From: Rhodobacteraceae bacterium CG17_big_fil_post_rev_8_21_14_2_50_63_15
GTDB taxonomy: Bacteria > Pseudomonadota > Alphaproteobacteria > Rhodobacterales > Rhodobacteraceae
Reading direction: 5' to 3'
NCBI GenBank assembly: GCA_002783205.1
Contig: PFEY01000060.1
Coordinates: forward strand, 95,574 to 159,573
DNA length: 64,000 nt
A program made the position numbers and the translations under genes. Positions 19,847-31,713 of this stretch are shown one piece after another (the stretch's first letter is position 1; each line of letters starts with the position of its first letter). Below the pieces are notes generated by a model. It did not search any database, was not told the origin of the DNA, and saw only the letters and a program-made list of their open reading frames with translations.

Positions 19847-19888
19847 TGCAATTTTGATACTTGCAGTCTCAATAATGATCGAATTATT
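19847..19888. promoter_or_regulatory. Candidate operators in the divergent iseK/iseJ promoter
   Basis: TGCAA-N9-TTGCA (19847-19865) and AATAAT-N6-ATTATT (19871-19888) in an AT-rich spacer; short arms, could be chance. Confidence 0.3.
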
Positions 19889-19944
19889 CTTGATCTGGCA
19901 AGGAATTTTTTTCCCGCTGTCACGAATGAGGAGGATGATCAGAA

Positions 19945-21558
19945 ATGTCGGAGATTTCAGCAGACTACTTGATCGTCGGCGCGGGCTCTGCCGGATGCGT
20001 TCTGGCGAATCGGCTCTCGGCGAATCCGCGGATCAATGTCATCCTGCTGGAGGCGGGCGGCCGAGACTGGAACCCGTGGATCCACATCCCGGTGGGCTAT
20101 TTCAAGACGATGCACAATCCGAGCGTCGACTGGTGCTATCGCACGGAGCCCGATCCGGGGCTGAACGGGCGCGCGCTCGACTGGCCGCGCGGCAAGGTTC
20201 TGGGCGGATCGTCCTCGCTCAACGGGCTGCTCTATGTCCGTGGCCAGCCGCAGGATTACGACCGTTGGGCGCAGATGGGCAATCCCGGATGGGGCTGGCA
20301 GGACGTGCTGCCGCTGTTCAAGCGATCCGAACGGCAGGAGCGCGGCGCAGATGAGCATCATGGCGACCAGGGCACGCTCTGGGTGTCCAACATGCGCCTG
20401 CAACGGCCGATCTGCGACGCATGGGTCGCCGCTGCGCAGGAGGCGGGCTATCCGTTCAATCCCGATTACAACGGCGCCACGCAGGAGGGGGTCGGCTATT
20501 TCCAGCTGACCACGCGCAAAGGGCGGCGCTGTTCGGCCGCCGTGGCGTTCCTCAACCCGGCGCGCAAGCGGCCAAACCTGACCATCATCACCCATGCGCA
20601 GGCCAGCCGCATCCTCTTTGATGGCACCCGCGCGACCGGTGTCGCCTACCGTGACCGCGCCGGGCGCGAACAGGTGGCGCGTGCGGGAACCGAGGTGATC
20701 CTGACTTCGGGGGCCATCGGCTCGCCGCAACTGCTGATGCTCTCGGGTCTGGGGGAGGCCGCGCATCTTCAGGATCACGGCATCGCGGTGCGCCATGATC
20801 TGCCTGCCGTCGGACGCAACATGCAGGATCATCTCCAGGCGCGGCTGGTGTTCAAATGCCGGGAACCGACTCTGAACGACGAGGTGCGCAGCCTGACCAG
20901 TCAGGCACGGATTGCGCTGAAATACGCGCTTTTCCGGTCCGGGCCGATGGCCATGGCCGCGAGCCTCGCCACCGGCTTCATGCGCACGGCAGAGCATGTG
21001 GAAACGCCCGACATCCAGTTCCACGTTCAACCATGGTCTGCCGACAGCCCCGGCGAGGGCGTGCATCCCTTTTCCGCCTTCACCACCTCGGTCTGCCAGT
21101 TACGTCCCGAAAGCCGTGGCGAGATCCGCCTCGCCTCTGCCGAACCGGCCCGATATCCCGTCATCCGCCCCAACTATCTGTCCACCGAGACCGATTGCCG
21201 GACCATCGTCGAAGGCATCAGGATTGCCCGCCGCATTGCCCGCTGCGCACCCTTGACCAGCAAGATCTCCGAGGAGTTTCGCCCCGACCGCAGCCTTGAG
21301 CTTGACGATTACGAGGGCACGCTCGATTGGGCGCGGCAGTATTCCACCACGATCTATCACCCCACCGGCACCTGCCGGATGGGTCAGGGTGCGGGCGCCG
21401 TGGTTGATGCCCGGTTGCGCGTGCACGGGGTCACGGGGCTGCGAGTCGCGGATGCCTCGATCATGCCCGAAATCGTCTCGGGCAACACCAACGCCCCGGC
21501 GATCATGATCGGCGAAAAGGCCTCCGACATGATCCTCGAGGATCGGGTATCAGGCTGA
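19945..21558 (+). CDS. iseJ: GMC flavin oxidoreductase (BetA-like), probably isethionate dehydrogenase IseJ
   Basis: GAGSAG FAD motif; [20 protein letters not shown] and SGNTNAP; divergent from IclR-TRAP genes as in described ise clusters. Confidence 0.7.
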   Translation: MSEISADYLIVGAGSAGCVLANRLSANPRINVILLEAGGRDWNPWIHIPVGYFKTMHNPSVDWCYRTEPDPGLNGRALDWPRGKVLGGSSSLNGLLYVRGQPQDYDRWAQMGNPGWGWQDVLPLFKRSERQERGADEHHGDQGTLWVSNMRLQRPICDAWVAAAQEAGYPFNPDYNGATQEGVGYFQLTTRKGRRCSAAVAFLNPARKRPNLTIITHAQASRILFDGTRATGVAYRDRAGREQVARAGTEVILTSGAIGSPQLLMLSGLGEAAHLQDHGIAVRHDLPAVGRNMQDHLQARLVFKCREPTLNDEVRSLTSQARIALKYALFRSGPMAMAASLATGFMRTAEHVETPDIQFHVQPWSADSPGEGVHPFSAFTTSVCQLRPESRGEIRLASAEPARYPVIRPNYLSTETDCRTIVEGIRIARRIARCAPLTSKISEEFRPDRSLELDDYEGTLDWARQYSTTIYHPTGTCRMGQGAGAVVDARLRVHGVTGLRVADASIMPEIVSGNTNAPAIMIGEKASDMILEDRVSG

Positions 21559-21573
21559 ATCCGATCTCGCGGA

Positions 21574-24500
21574 TCACTCCGTCTTGCCAGTGCGCCCGAA
21601 GAGGCGGGTCACGATCACGAAGAACACCGGCACGAAAATCACGCCCAGGACCGTGCCCGAGATGGTGCCGCTCAGCACACCCGAGCCGATCGCATTGCGC
21701 CCGCCAGAGCCCGCGCCGGAACTCAGCACCAGCGGCAGCACGCCTAGGGAAAACGCCATGGAGGTCATAATGATCGGGCGGAATCGCTGGCGCGCGGCTT
21801 CGATCACAGCGTCGAACATGCCCTCGCCCGCCGCGTGACGATCACGCGCGAATTCCACGATCAGGATCGCGTTCTTGCCAGTCAGGCCGATGACGGTCAG
21901 CAGACCGACCTGAAAGAACACGCCGTTCTCGAACCCACCAAGCCAGGCACCAGTCAGGGCGCCGACAATCCCGATCGGCATCGCCAGCATCACCGCAAAG
22001 GGGATCGACCAGCTTTCATAAAGCGCCGCGAGCGACAGAAAGATCGCTGCCAGCGAGAGCGCATAGAGCAATGGGGCCTGACTGCCCGAGTCGCGCTCCT
22101 CCAGCGACAGGCCGGTCCAGGCCAGATCGAAATCCGGTCCCAGTTGTGCTACCAGCCGTTCCATCTCGACCATCGCCGCGCCGGTTGAGACCCCTGGCGC
22201 AGGCGTGCCCTGCACCTGCACCGAAGGGATGCCGTTATAGCGATAGAGCCCTTGCGGGCCATAATCCCAAGCACCTTCCGAGAAGTTCGAGAACGGCACC
22301 AATCCACCGCTGACATTGCGCACCCGCCACTTGTCGATGTCGGAGGGCACGGCACGTGCCTCTGCCTCGCCCTGGACGTAGACCCGCTTGATCCGGCCTT
22401 GATCGATGAAATCGTTCACATAGGCCCCCGCCCAGGCGATCTGGAGCACTTGGCCGACATCCGTGGGCGTCAACCCCATCGCCCCTGCCTTGCGCCAGTC
22501 GATATCAAGGTTGAACTGTGCCGCGTCTTCCAGCCCATTGGGGCGTGCCGAGGCAATCAGATCGCTCTGCGCGGCCATTCCAAGCAATTGATTTCGGGCC
22601 GCCATCAGATCGGCTTGGCTCTGCCCGCCGCGCGCTTGCAGATAGAAATCGAAGCCAGAGACGTTGCCCAACTCGATCACCGACGGTGGCACGACCGGGA
22701 ACACCATCGCATCGCGGATCTGGCTGAACGCACCAAAGGCCCGGCCCGCCAGCGCTTGCACACTTTGCCCCGGTTCGGTGCGCTCCTTCCAATCCTTGAG
22801 CTGAACAAAGGCGAGACCCATGTTTTGACCATTACCGGCAAAGCTGAAGCCGACCACCCCGAACAGCGAATTTACCACTTCGGTTTCTTGCGTGAGGAAA
22901 TAATCCTCGACCTGCTTGACGACTTCGAGTGTGCGTTCGGCGCTCGATCCGGTGGGAGTCTGGATCAGGGTAAAGAGAATGCCCTGATCCTCGTCGGGCA
23001 AGAACCCCGTCGGTGTGCGCAAAAACATCAAAGCCATGCCAAACGCCAGTGCCAGATACACCAGAAAGACCCGAACCGGGCGGCGCACCGACCAGCGTAC
23101 GCCGCTGCCATAGCCATTGGTCAGCCGGTTGAACCCGGCGTTGAACCAGGCGAACGGCCCGCGTGCCACGCCATGCCCCTTGGGTTTGAGAAGCGAGGCG
23201 CAGAGCGCCGGCGTCAGCGTGATCGCGACCACGACCGACAGCGCCATGGCAGAAACGATGGTGATGGCAAACTGCTGATAGATGACACCCGTGGAGCCCG
23301 GAAAGAATGCCATCGGCACAAACACTGCCGAAAGCACCATCGCGATGCCCACCAATGCGCCGGTGATCTGACCCATGGATTTATGGGTGGCCTCGCGCGG
23401 CGAGAGTCCCTCCTCCTCCATGATTCGCTCGACATTCTCCACCACCACGATGGCGTCATCCACCAGCAGGCCGATGGCGAGGACCATCGCCAGCATGGTC
23501 AGCGTGTTGACCGAGAACCCGGCCACCGCCAGCACCCCGAAGGTGCCCAACAACACGATCGGCACCGCAAGGGTCGGGATCAGGGTTGCGCGCAGGTTTT
23601 GCAGGAACAGCAACATCACGAGAAAGACGAGGCCGATCGCCTCGAACAGCGTCTTGACCACTTCCTTGATCGAGATCTCGACAAAGGGCGTGGTGTCATA
23701 GGGGATGATGTATTCGACGCCCGCGGGAAAGAAGCGGGCAAATTCGGCCATCCGCGCCTTGACCGCGCGAGCCGTCTCGAGCGCATTGGCTCCGGGTGCC
23801 AACGTGATTGCCATGCCCGCCGCCGGATCGGTGTTGAAGCGCGCCGTGGTGGCATAGTTTTCCGCCCCGATCTCGACCCGCGCCACATCATCGAGCAACA
23901 CGAGACCACCATCCGTCTCGGCGCGCAGCACGATCTGGCGAAAATCCTCTGGCGTGCTGAGCAGAGATTGCGCGGTGATCGTGGCGTTGAGTTGCTGGCC
24001 CTCAACCGTCGGGCGTGCCCCAAACGAGCCCGCCGAGATCTGCGCATTCTGGGCGGCCACGGCGATGACCACATCCGAGGGGGTCAGGCCAAATCCCGCC
24101 AGCTTGGATGGATCCAGCCAGATCCGCATCGCGTATTGCGCACCGAAAACATTGACCGATCCAACACCTTCGATTCGGCTCAACTCATCCACAAGATTGC
24201 TGACCATGTAATCCGAGAGATCCACCTGATCGAGACTGCCGTCGGTCGAAATCATGCCCACGACCATCAGGAACCCGGCCGAGGATTTCTCGACCGTGAT
24301 GCCCTGTCGCTGCACGATCTCGGGCAGGAGCGGAGTCGCCTGTCCCAGCTTGTTCTGCACCTGCACCTGCGCGATATCCGCATCGGTGCCTGTTTCAAAC
24401 GTCAGCGTGACCTCTGTGCTTCCTGCAGAGGTCGAGCGCGACGCGAAATAGCGCAACCCATCGAGCCCGGTCATCTGCTGCTCGATCACTTGCGTTACCG

Positions 24501-24678
24501 TATTGGCCACGGTCTCGGCTGAGGCGCCGGGATAACTGGCCGTGACAGTGACCGAAGGCGGCGCGATCTGTGGATATTGCGCGACGGGCAGGATCAGGAT
24601 GGCCAGAACGCCGACCCCCATGATGAGAATCGAGATGACCCAGGCGAACACCGGGCGGTCGATGAAGAAACTGGCCAT
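21574..24678 (-). CDS. acrB: RND efflux permease, AcrB/HAE1 family
   Basis: [11 protein letters not shown] start; [38 protein letters not shown]. Confidence 0.93.
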   Translation of the reverse strand: MASFFIDRPVFAWVISILIMGVGVLAILILPVAQYPQIAPPSVTVTASYPGASAETVANTVTQVIEQQMTGLDGLRYFASRSTSAGSTEVTLTFETGTDADIAQVQVQNKLGQATPLLPEIVQRQGITVEKSSAGFLMVVGMISTDGSLDQVDLSDYMVSNLVDELSRIEGVGSVNVFGAQYAMRIWLDPSKLAGFGLTPSDVVIAVAAQNAQISAGSFGARPTVEGQQLNATITAQSLLSTPEDFRQIVLRAETDGGLVLLDDVARVEIGAENYATTARFNTDPAAGMAITLAPGANALETARAVKARMAEFARFFPAGVEYIIPYDTTPFVEISIKEVVKTLFEAIGLVFLVMLLFLQNLRATLIPTLAVPIVLLGTFGVLAVAGFSVNTLTMLAMVLAIGLLVDDAIVVVENVERIMEEEGLSPREATHKSMGQITGALVGIAMVLSAVFVPMAFFPGSTGVIYQQFAITIVSAMALSVVVAITLTPALCASLLKPKGHGVARGPFAWFNAGFNRLTNGYGSGVRWSVRRPVRVFLVYLALAFGMALMFLRTPTGFLPDEDQGILFTLIQTPTGSSAERTLEVVKQVEDYFLTQETEVVNSLFGVVGFSFAGNGQNMGLAFVQLKDWKERTEPGQSVQALAGRAFGAFSQIRDAMVFPVVPPSVIELGNVSGFDFYLQARGGQSQADLMAARNQLLGMAAQSDLIASARPNGLEDAAQFNLDIDWRKAGAMGLTPTDVGQVLQIAWAGAYVNDFIDQGRIKRVYVQGEAEARAVPSDIDKWRVRNVSGGLVPFSNFSEGAWDYGPQGLYRYNGIPSVQVQGTPAPGVSTGAAMVEMERLVAQLGPDFDLAWTGLSLEERDSGSQAPLLYALSLAAIFLSLAALYESWSIPFAVMLAMPIGIVGALTGAWLGGFENGVFFQVGLLTVIGLTGKNAILIVEFARDRHAAGEGMFDAVIEAARQRFRPIIMTSMAFSLGVLPLVLSSGAGSGGRNAIGSGVLSGTISGTVLGVIFVPVFFVIVTRLFGRTGKTE

Positions 24679-24698
24679 GCGCGATATTCCCTGCCCGA

Positions 24699-25826
24699 TT
24701 ACTGTTGCGGCTGAGTGGTGCGTTCTTCGGGTGTCACGGCCGCACCAGGGGCAATTTTCTGGAACCCGGCAACAACAACGCGATCACCGGGGTTCAGCCC
24801 CTCGTTCACCACCCAGGCATTGCCACGATCCTGAATGACGTCGAGCGTGTGTTCCTCGATTACACCCTCAGCGTTGACTACCCATGCGAGGGGCCGCCCG
24901 CGTCGGTCGCGGATCACGCCCTCTTGCGGCACGAGATAGACGCCCTTGGCCACTTCGACCGGCATTTCCACCTGCACATACATGCCGGGCAAGAGCAGAA
25001 GATCGGGATTGTCGAACTGCATACGCAGGGTCACGACGCCGGTTTGAGGATTGACTTTGGGCTCTGCCGCCTTGAGAAGCCCGGTCTCGCTGTACTCCGA
25101 CCCATCAGCCAGCCTGAGCCGAACCGTGGTATCCGCCCCTGCAAGGTCGCGCTCTGTCTCACCGCGCCGCCAGCGCAAAAGATCGGCTGCAGACTGCGTC
25201 ACATCGACATAGACCGGATTGATCTTGCGGATTATTGTCAAGGGCTGCGCCTGACTGGCGGTCACAAGCGCACCCTGCGAGGTCAGCGAGAGACCGATAC
25301 GGCCAGAGAGCCGCGCCTCGATTGTGGTGCGCGACAACTCGATTTGCGCGGAATTGAGTTGCGCCTCAGCCAGATCAAGCCCCGCCGCCGCAGAATCACG
25401 CACCGAAACTGCCTCATCCAGCGCCTGCTCACTGGCCACATTACGCGATTGCAGTTCCACCAGACGGCGTGCCTCGCGTTCTGCTGCGCGCAACTGCGCG
25501 TTGGCCTGCGCCACGCTGGCCCGCGCCTGCTGCACGGCAGCCTCATAACTTGCCGCGTCGATCTGATAGAGCGGATCGCCCTCAACCACGTCGGCGCCTT
25601 CTTCAAAGAGCCGCGCCGTGATAATGCCATTGACCTGCGGGCGCACCTCGGCCTCGGCTGACGCGGCCACACGACCAGGCAAGAGCGAAGTCAGGGTCAC
25701 GTTCTGCGGTTGCAGCGTGACCACGGTGACGGAGATCGGCCCCTGACCCTGTTGTGCGCCGGACAGGGTTGGCAGCAGGCAAGCACAGGCCGCAAGGGCA
25801 GGGATGAACTTTCCAAAATGTGCCAT
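24699..25826 (-). CDS. acrA: RND periplasmic adaptor, AcrA family
   Basis: [30 protein letters not shown] and LLLPGMYV; start placed at ATG 25826. Confidence 0.9.
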   Translation of the reverse strand: MAHFGKFIPALAACACLLPTLSGAQQGQGPISVTVVTLQPQNVTLTSLLPGRVAASAEAEVRPQVNGIITARLFEEGADVVEGDPLYQIDAASYEAAVQQARASVAQANAQLRAAEREARRLVELQSRNVASEQALDEAVSVRDSAAAGLDLAEAQLNSAQIELSRTTIEARLSGRIGLSLTSQGALVTASQAQPLTIIRKINPVYVDVTQSAADLLRWRRGETERDLAGADTTVRLRLADGSEYSETGLLKAAEPKVNPQTGVVTLRMQFDNPDLLLLPGMYVQVEMPVEVAKGVYLVPQEGVIRDRRGRPLAWVVNAEGVIEEHTLDVIQDRGNAWVVNEGLNPGDRVVVAGFQKIAPGAAVTPEERTTQPQQ

Positions 25827-25969
25827 CAGGAGCCCTTTCACGATAAAGCAGTGGCAAAACTGTGTCGGATAATTTAAGAAACGCTTGGGTTTTATAAATA
25901 TCATAAATCCCGAAGTGGCAAGCGCACCGTTGCGCCCGCGCAGCACCTGTGCGGAAATGAGTAACATTG

Positions 25970-26650
25970 ATGCAGACCAAAACCAACACGCAGAAACCCA
26001 AAGGGCACGCGACCATTCGGCGGGGCAGGCCGATCATTGCCTCTTGTGACGAACGACGAGAGGCCATCTTTTCCGCACTCGAATCGGTTTATGCCGAGTA
26101 CGGCCTCGATGGCGCAACGATGCAGGTCATCGCGCAAAGGGCGGGTATGTCCAAGCGCACGCTTTACGATATCTTTCCCGGGCGCACGGCGCTCTTTCGG
26201 ACCTACATGGAAAAGGTTGCAGGCCAATTCATCAATCCTCTTCTCGGCTCAGATACTGACCTTCCTGTTGCCGAACGGCTGGACCGGGTTCTGTCCCAGA
26301 ACCTCCGGCGTGAGGGTTATGGCCTGCCACTGGAAATTCTGCGCGCTTTCATGGCACAGGTTCCTGCGACGCCCGAAATCGGACGCGATCTGGTGGACCG
26401 ACTGATGCAGCGCGATCTGAGCATCCTGATCAGCGAGTTGGATCGGAGTGTCATGAGGGGGGAAATCACTCTCGAGGATACGACAAGTGCCGCCGCCTTG
26501 TTGCTGGACATGGTGCGACCCTGGCCATTGGAAGCCCTGCTCGACCCTGCGCGACTGGCAACGCCGAAAGACTTTGCCGAGCGCCGTGGCCTTGCAATCC
26601 GGGTTTTTCTCAATGGTGTCGTCGGGCATCCTATTGATTTGACGCCATGA
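25970..26650 (+). CDS. TetR/AcrR-family regulator
   Basis: N-terminal HTH ATMQVIAQRAGMSKRTLY; divergent from the pump genes. Confidence 0.88.
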   Translation: MQTKTNTQKPKGHATIRRGRPIIASCDERREAIFSALESVYAEYGLDGATMQVIAQRAGMSKRTLYDIFPGRTALFRTYMEKVAGQFINPLLGSDTDLPVAERLDRVLSQNLRREGYGLPLEILRAFMAQVPATPEIGRDLVDRLMQRDLSILISELDRSVMRGEITLEDTTSAAALLLDMVRPWPLEALLDPARLATPKDFAERRGLAIRVFLNGVVGHPIDLTP

Positions 26651-26910
26651 TTTTAGTGGGCGCGCTCACCTCAGCCCTTGCCGTCCGAGCGCGGTGTGTT
26701 CGGGTCCGCGATGCCCCGCTATCTGTCTGTCGTGAGGCATCACGGCTGGGTGCCCCTCGACCGCCTTGCGACGCGTTCGGCGGTCCAAACGGGCCAGCGG
26801 GGCCCATCCCTGCGCCATGGTCGAGACGTTCACCAATCCTTCGCTTTGCTCACCCCGATTGTCGTTTCTTCAGGCAAACAGGTCCGGCCGAAATCCCTCC
26901 CTCAGGTCCC

Positions 26911-27315
26911 CTAGCGCAGCACATGCACCGCACAAGGTGCGTGCCGGACCACCCGGGCCGCAGTGGATCCGAGGAAAAAGTCGCTCAAGCCCGGCTTGTG
27001 TGAACCGACGATGATGCAATCGGCCCCGATATTCCTTGCGTGATCGGTAATCGCCCGCCCCGATTGGCCGCGCAGCATCACTGCTGTAACGTCCGGCGCG
27101 TCCGCCACCCGCTCTGCAAGAAGATCCTGCGCTCGGTTATAGGCCTCCTCGACCACGCTTTCATCCAGATAGGCCCGGACCGATCCTTGCATCGGCTCAT
27201 AGGCATGTATCGCAACGATTTTACCACCTTCCGCGCGTAGGGCACGGGCAACCTTCAGGGCGGTCTGGCTGATGCCATGATCAAGGGCCAGCGCCACAAT
27301 GATATTGCGATACAT
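26911..27315 (-). CDS. Universal stress protein
   Basis: ADCIIVGSH...FFLGSTAARVVRHAPCAVHVLR; last gene of the hps operon. Confidence 0.93.
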   Translation of the reverse strand: MYRNIIVALALDHGISQTALKVARALRAEGGKIVAIHAYEPMQGSVRAYLDESVVEEAYNRAQDLLAERVADAPDVTAVMLRGQSGRAITDHARNIGADCIIVGSHKPGLSDFFLGSTAARVVRHAPCAVHVLR

Positions 27316-27329
27316 TCAAAGCCTCCGTT

Positions 27330-28313
27330 TCAGGGGTGAAGAAGGATCTTGGGGCTGGTGACGCGACCCGCGCGGATATCGGCAAACGCGGTGGCCCCGT
27401 CACTTAACGGACGGTCCTCGACCCAGTCGAGTGCACCGAGACGTCCGTCGAACATCGCCTGTGCGCAGTCGCGGAAATCCTGCGCGGTATAGGTATAGGT
27501 GCCGATAAAGGTGATCTCCTGAAGGGTCATTCGCCGGATGTCCAGTCCTCCGGCGGCCTGTCCCAGTCCGATATGCACGATCACCCCGCCGGGCCGCACA
27601 TGGGCCGAAGCCTGCGACCGCGTTGCCTCAAAGCCTACGCCATCGACCACGATGTCGAATTGATCAAGCGCATCCAAGGTCTCGGGATGGGCCACTCTCT
27701 GATCGCAATGCAGGCCCAGATAGGTCCGGCGCGCAGCATGGGGCTCAACCACAGTCACATCGCGAATGCCCTGCGCCGCAAGGCTCAGCGCCGCGCCCAA
27801 ACCGATTGCACCGCCGCCCAGAACAAGCGCCCGGTGCGGTCCATCTCCCAATACGGCACGACCAAGCCTGACCGCATGCCAACCGCAGGCGATCGGCTCG
27901 GCAAGGGCGGCCTGATTGGTGGTTACATGATCCGGCAGGGCAACCAGATTGCGTTCTGGCATCGCCAGCAGACCGGCAAACGCCCCCTCGCGCGGTGGCA
28001 TCGAGATGATCTGCCGCGTGGCACAAAGGTTGTCTCGCCCTGACAGGCAGGCCGGGCAGGCGCCGCAGGTGACAAGCGGATTGACCGTCACTCTTTGCCC
28101 GGACATCGCGCCGCTCAGAACCATACCCGCAGCTTCGTGCCCCAGAACGAGCGGCGCGGGGCGACGGTCGTCATGTCCGAGATAGGCATGCATGTCAGAT
28201 CCACAGATACCCACGCTCTCGACGCGGATGAGCGCCTCGCCGGAGTCTGGTTGCGGATCTGCAAAATCGCGATACTCCAGCCCTTCGGGGCCGGTATACA
28301 CAAGCGCTTTCAT
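27330..28313 (-). CDS. hpsP: Zn-dependent DHPS dehydrogenase HpsP
   Basis: GICGSD, GHE and CGACPAC...C Zn motifs; follows hpsN-hpsO; ATG at 28313 overlaps upstream stop. Confidence 0.8.
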   Translation of the reverse strand: MKALVYTGPEGLEYRDFADPQPDSGEALIRVESVGICGSDMHAYLGHDDRRPAPLVLGHEAAGMVLSGAMSGQRVTVNPLVTCGACPACLSGRDNLCATRQIISMPPREGAFAGLLAMPERNLVALPDHVTTNQAALAEPIACGWHAVRLGRAVLGDGPHRALVLGGGAIGLGAALSLAAQGIRDVTVVEPHAARRTYLGLHCDQRVAHPETLDALDQFDIVVDGVGFEATRSQASAHVRPGGVIVHIGLGQAAGGLDIRRMTLQEITFIGTYTYTAQDFRDCAQAMFDGRLGALDWVEDRPLSDGATAFADIRAGRVTSPKILLHP

Positions 28314-29068
28314 TTCGCGGTAAACCCTCCATCCACCATCAGCACCTGTCCGGTCACGTATCGCGACGCCTCGGAGCAAAAGAACAGAAGTGGGCCGTCC
28401 ATGTCCTCGACCTCGCCATTGCGCCCGATGCAGGTTTGCGCCGCGTTGCGCGCCGCGCGCTCAGGATCATAAAAGACCGGGGCGGTCAATTCGGTGCGGA
28501 TGAAACCGGGCGCCAGCGCATTGACGTTGATCCCGTGCCGCGACCAGGCCTCGGCCATGGCGCGGGTCATCTGCGCCACGCCGCCCTTGCTCGCGCCATA
28601 GGCGATGCCGCCAGGAAAGGCGCGAAACGATTGCAGCGAGGCAAAATTGACGATCCGTCCCCAGCCGCGATCCTTCATCGCGGGCACGAGGTGCTGGCTG
28701 AGAAAGAAGGGCGCGCTGAGATTGAGCGCGAGCGTCATGTCCCAGCCACGCTCCGTCACGTCATCGGCGGCCTCGCGGGTATTGATCCCCGCGGCATGAA
28801 CCAGAATGTCCGGCGCTCCAAAGGGTTTGCAGACCGCCGAGGCCAGGGCCTCGATCGTGTCTCGATCCGCGATGTCATGGACAACCGTGGCGGCATTCTC
28901 GCCCACCGACTGTCGCCAGAGTTCCAGCGCGTCGGCGCGCCGCGCGACGCCGACCACCCGCGCGCCGGCCTGCGCCAGGACGGTGGCCGCCCGCCGACCA
29001 AGGCCAGACGAGGCCCCGGTGACACAGGCCACATGGCCCGTCAGGTCAAAGAAGCCCGGCTCAGCCAT
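28310..29068 (-). CDS. hpsO: SDR-family DHPS dehydrogenase HpsO
   Basis: TGASSGLG and YGASK SDR motifs; lies between hpsN and hpsP. Confidence 0.8.
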   Translation of the reverse strand: MAEPGFFDLTGHVACVTGASSGLGRRAATVLAQAGARVVGVARRADALELWRQSVGENAATVVHDIADRDTIEALASAVCKPFGAPDILVHAAGINTREAADDVTERGWDMTLALNLSAPFFLSQHLVPAMKDRGWGRIVNFASLQSFRAFPGGIAYGASKGGVAQMTRAMAEAWSRHGINVNALAPGFIRTELTAPVFYDPERAARNAAQTCIGRNGEVEDMDGPLLFFCSEASRYVTGQVLMVDGGFTAK

Positions 29069-30368
29069 TGGCGCTCAGATCAAAGGTCTCGTTGGGGAAA
29101 TACTTGCGCAGGCGGATATCGGCGGTGCGCGCGTGTCCCTCCATTCCTTCCAGCCGGGCAATGCGGGCGGTCGCCTCGGCCACCGGTCTGGCGCCCTCTC
29201 GCGTGGCGCGCTGCCAGGTGACGATCTTCATGTACTTGTGCACGCTGAGACCGCCGGTATAGCGCGCCGCGCCCGAGGTTGGCAGAACGTGATTGGTGCC
29301 CGCCGCCTTGTCGCCATAGGCCACGGTGGTTTCCTCACCGAGGAAAAGCGAGCCATAGCAGGTCAGCCGTTCAAGCCACCAGTTCAGATCCTCGGCCTGC
29401 ACCGTCAGGTGTTCGGGGGCGTAGGCGTCCGAGGTGGCTGCCATTTCGTCGCGATCGGCACAGAGGATCACCTCGGCATAATCGCGCCAGGCCGCACTGG
29501 CATTCTCGCGGTTGACCTGCGGCAGATCGGCGATGAGGCCGGGGACAAGGCGCATGACCTCCTCGGCCAGCGGTCGGTGATCCGTCACCAGCCAGACGGG
29601 CGAATTGTATCCGTGCTCTGCCTGTCCCACCAGATCGGTCGCCACGACCATCGGATCGGCGGTTCTGTCTGCAAGGATCAGGCTGTCGGTCGGCCCTGCG
29701 ATCATGTCGATGCCGACGCGGCCAAACAGGATCCGCTTGGCCTCGGCCACGAACTGATTGCCGGGGCCGACGAGGATATTCGCCTTTGGCAAACCGAAGA
29801 GGCCGAAGGTCATCGCGGCCACGCCCTGCACGCCGCCCATTGCCATGATGACATCCGCGCCGCAGATATGCGCGGCATAGATGATTGCGGGGGCCACGCC
29901 CACGCCGGGCCGGGGGGGCGAGCAGGCCACGATATGCTGACAGCCCGCGACCTTGGCGGTGGTGACGGTCATGATTGCGCTGGCGATATGGCTGTAGCGC
30001 CCGCCCGGCACATAGCAGCCCGCGGCGTTGACCGGGATACTCTTTTGCCCGGCGATCAGCCCCGGCACGACCTCGATCTCGATGTCGCGCAGCGTCTCTT
30101 TCTGCGCCTCGGCGAAACGGCGGACATTGGCATGGGAAAACTCGATATCGCGCTTGAGTTTGTCCGGCACCAGTGCCGCCGCCGCTGCGATCTCCTCTGG
30201 TCCGAGCAGGATCCTGCCCTCGTACTGGTCGAGTTTCGCGGCATAGTCGAGCGCCGCCTGATCGCCCCCCGCCTCGATGTCGGCAAGGATCGTCTTGACC
30301 GTTTCATGCACGTCGCTCGCGCCCGAGGTTGAGGTCAGCGTCGCTTTCTTGAGGTAGTTCACTGTCAT
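29061..30368 (-). CDS. hpsN: Sulfopropanediol 3-dehydrogenase HpsN (HisD paralogue)
   Basis: HisD-like GCYVPGG, GPGNQFV, IDMIAGP, APEHL and GTNHVLPT; sits in a TRAP/SDR/ADH catabolic operon rather than his genes. Confidence 0.88.
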   Translation of the reverse strand: MTVNYLKKATLTSTSGASDVHETVKTILADIEAGGDQAALDYAAKLDQYEGRILLGPEEIAAAAALVPDKLKRDIEFSHANVRRFAEAQKETLRDIEIEVVPGLIAGQKSIPVNAAGCYVPGGRYSHIASAIMTVTTAKVAGCQHIVACSPPRPGVGVAPAIIYAAHICGADVIMAMGGVQGVAAMTFGLFGLPKANILVGPGNQFVAEAKRILFGRVGIDMIAGPTDSLILADRTADPMVVATDLVGQAEHGYNSPVWLVTDHRPLAEEVMRLVPGLIADLPQVNRENASAAWRDYAEVILCADRDEMAATSDAYAPEHLTVQAEDLNWWLERLTCYGSLFLGEETTVAYGDKAAGTNHVLPTSGAARYTGGLSVHKYMKIVTWQRATREGARPVAEATARIARLEGMEGHARTADIRLRKYFPNETFDLSANG

Positions 30369-30377
30369 CTGTCTATC

Positions 30378-31703
30378 CTATTTGTAGATATCCGGCAGCA
30401 TCGTGGTCGAGAGTGCCGGAATATAGGCGATCATCAGGACCACGATCAGCATGAAGAATACGAAAGGCACCGCCCGCGCGGCAATCTTGAGAATGGATTC
30501 CCCGGTGATGCCGGAGACGACAAAGAGATTGAGGCCCAGCGGCGGCGTGATGAAACCGACGCCAAGCGCGGTGATCATCATGATGCAGAACTGGATCTCG
30601 TTCATCCCGATATTGTCGGCCAGCGGTTTGAGGATGGGGGCGAGGATCACGATATTGGGTGTCGTCTCCATCACGCAGCCCGCCGCGATCAGAATGAGGA
30701 TCATCAGCAGGATCAAGACCATCGGCTCGTCCGTCAGCCCTGTGATCGCCCCGACAAAACCTTGCGGAATACCCATGATAGCCAGTGCCTGCGCCAAAGG
30801 AAGGGAAAAGGCAATGATCGGCAGGATGACCCCGTTGACTTTGGCCGAACTGATCAGCATGGCCGGAAAATCCGCCAGCCTGAGCGTGCCGAGGATGAAG
30901 CCCAGCAGGACCGTGACCACCACGGCCGTGGCTCCCGCCTCTGTCGGTGTAAGGTGGCCGGAGAAGATCCCGTAAAAGATGATCCCTGGAACGATGAACG
31001 CATACCATCCCGAGGCCAGCGCGCGACCGAGGTTGGAGAAATAGTCACCAAGGCTGATATTTCCGCCGCCTTCATAGCCATAGATGCGGTTAACGACGAT
31101 ATTTGTTATCAGGATCGACACAAGGATGAGCAGGCCGGGGATGAGCGCCGCCAAGAACAGCGTTGACGCGGAGATGCCGAGCACGAGCCCGATGATGATA
31201 TAGGCGATCGACGGCGGGATCAGGATGCCCGTGCAGGCCCCCGCAGCCACCAGCGCGCAGGCATAGGGGCGCGGATAGCCGCTCTCGACAAGCCGGGCGA
31301 TCGTCATTCTCCCCACCGCCGCCGCACCCGCCGCATCAGAGCCTGATATGGCTGAAAACATGCCGCAGACCAGAACTGTTGCCGATCCGAATCCGCCCTT
31401 GGCGAACTGCGTGAGCGCCTCGGCGACATTCAGGAACTTGCGGCTGAGACCCGTGCGAACCAGAACATCGCCTGTCAGAATGAAGAGGGGCACGGCGGTC
31501 AGTGCAAAGGCGTCAATCCCGTCAAAGAGGCTCTCGCCGACAAGGCTGAGCGGCAGAGCACCCGACCAGAACAGCATCAGGATGGCGCTTGCGCCGATCG
31601 CGGCCCAGATCGGTACTGCAAGTGCGACAAGCAGCACGAAGAGGATCACCGGGCCATAGAAATCCCAGCCCAGTTCGACCGTTTGCGAGAATGTATTCCA
31701 CAT
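30378..31703 (-). CDS. hpsM: TRAP large permease HpsM
   Basis: DctM motifs AVPLFILTG, ISGSDAAG, LIPPSI and FITPPLGLNL; hps synteny. Confidence 0.82.
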   Translation of the reverse strand: MWNTFSQTVELGWDFYGPVILFVLLVALAVPIWAAIGASAILMLFWSGALPLSLVGESLFDGIDAFALTAVPLFILTGDVLVRTGLSRKFLNVAEALTQFAKGGFGSATVLVCGMFSAISGSDAAGAAAVGRMTIARLVESGYPRPYACALVAAGACTGILIPPSIAYIIIGLVLGISASTLFLAALIPGLLILVSILITNIVVNRIYGYEGGGNISLGDYFSNLGRALASGWYAFIVPGIIFYGIFSGHLTPTEAGATAVVVTVLLGFILGTLRLADFPAMLISSAKVNGVILPIIAFSLPLAQALAIMGIPQGFVGAITGLTDEPMVLILLMILILIAAGCVMETTPNIVILAPILKPLADNIGMNEIQFCIMMITALGVGFITPPLGLNLFVVSGITGESILKIAARAVPFVFFMLIVVLMIAYIPALSTTMLPDIYK

Positions 31704-31713
31704 GGCGCGCCCC

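Noticed and set aside
22252-24522. 756-aa plus-strand ORF, and similar long ORFs such as 1862-3736, 11773-13212, 28806-30332 and 38220-39515
   Set aside because: Antisense shadows of well-supported genes; expected in GC-rich, codon-biased DNA; no motifs
29061-30368. Annotation as histidine-biosynthetic hisD
   Set aside because: Context (TRAP, SDR, Zn-ADH, LacI) fits the paralogue HpsN
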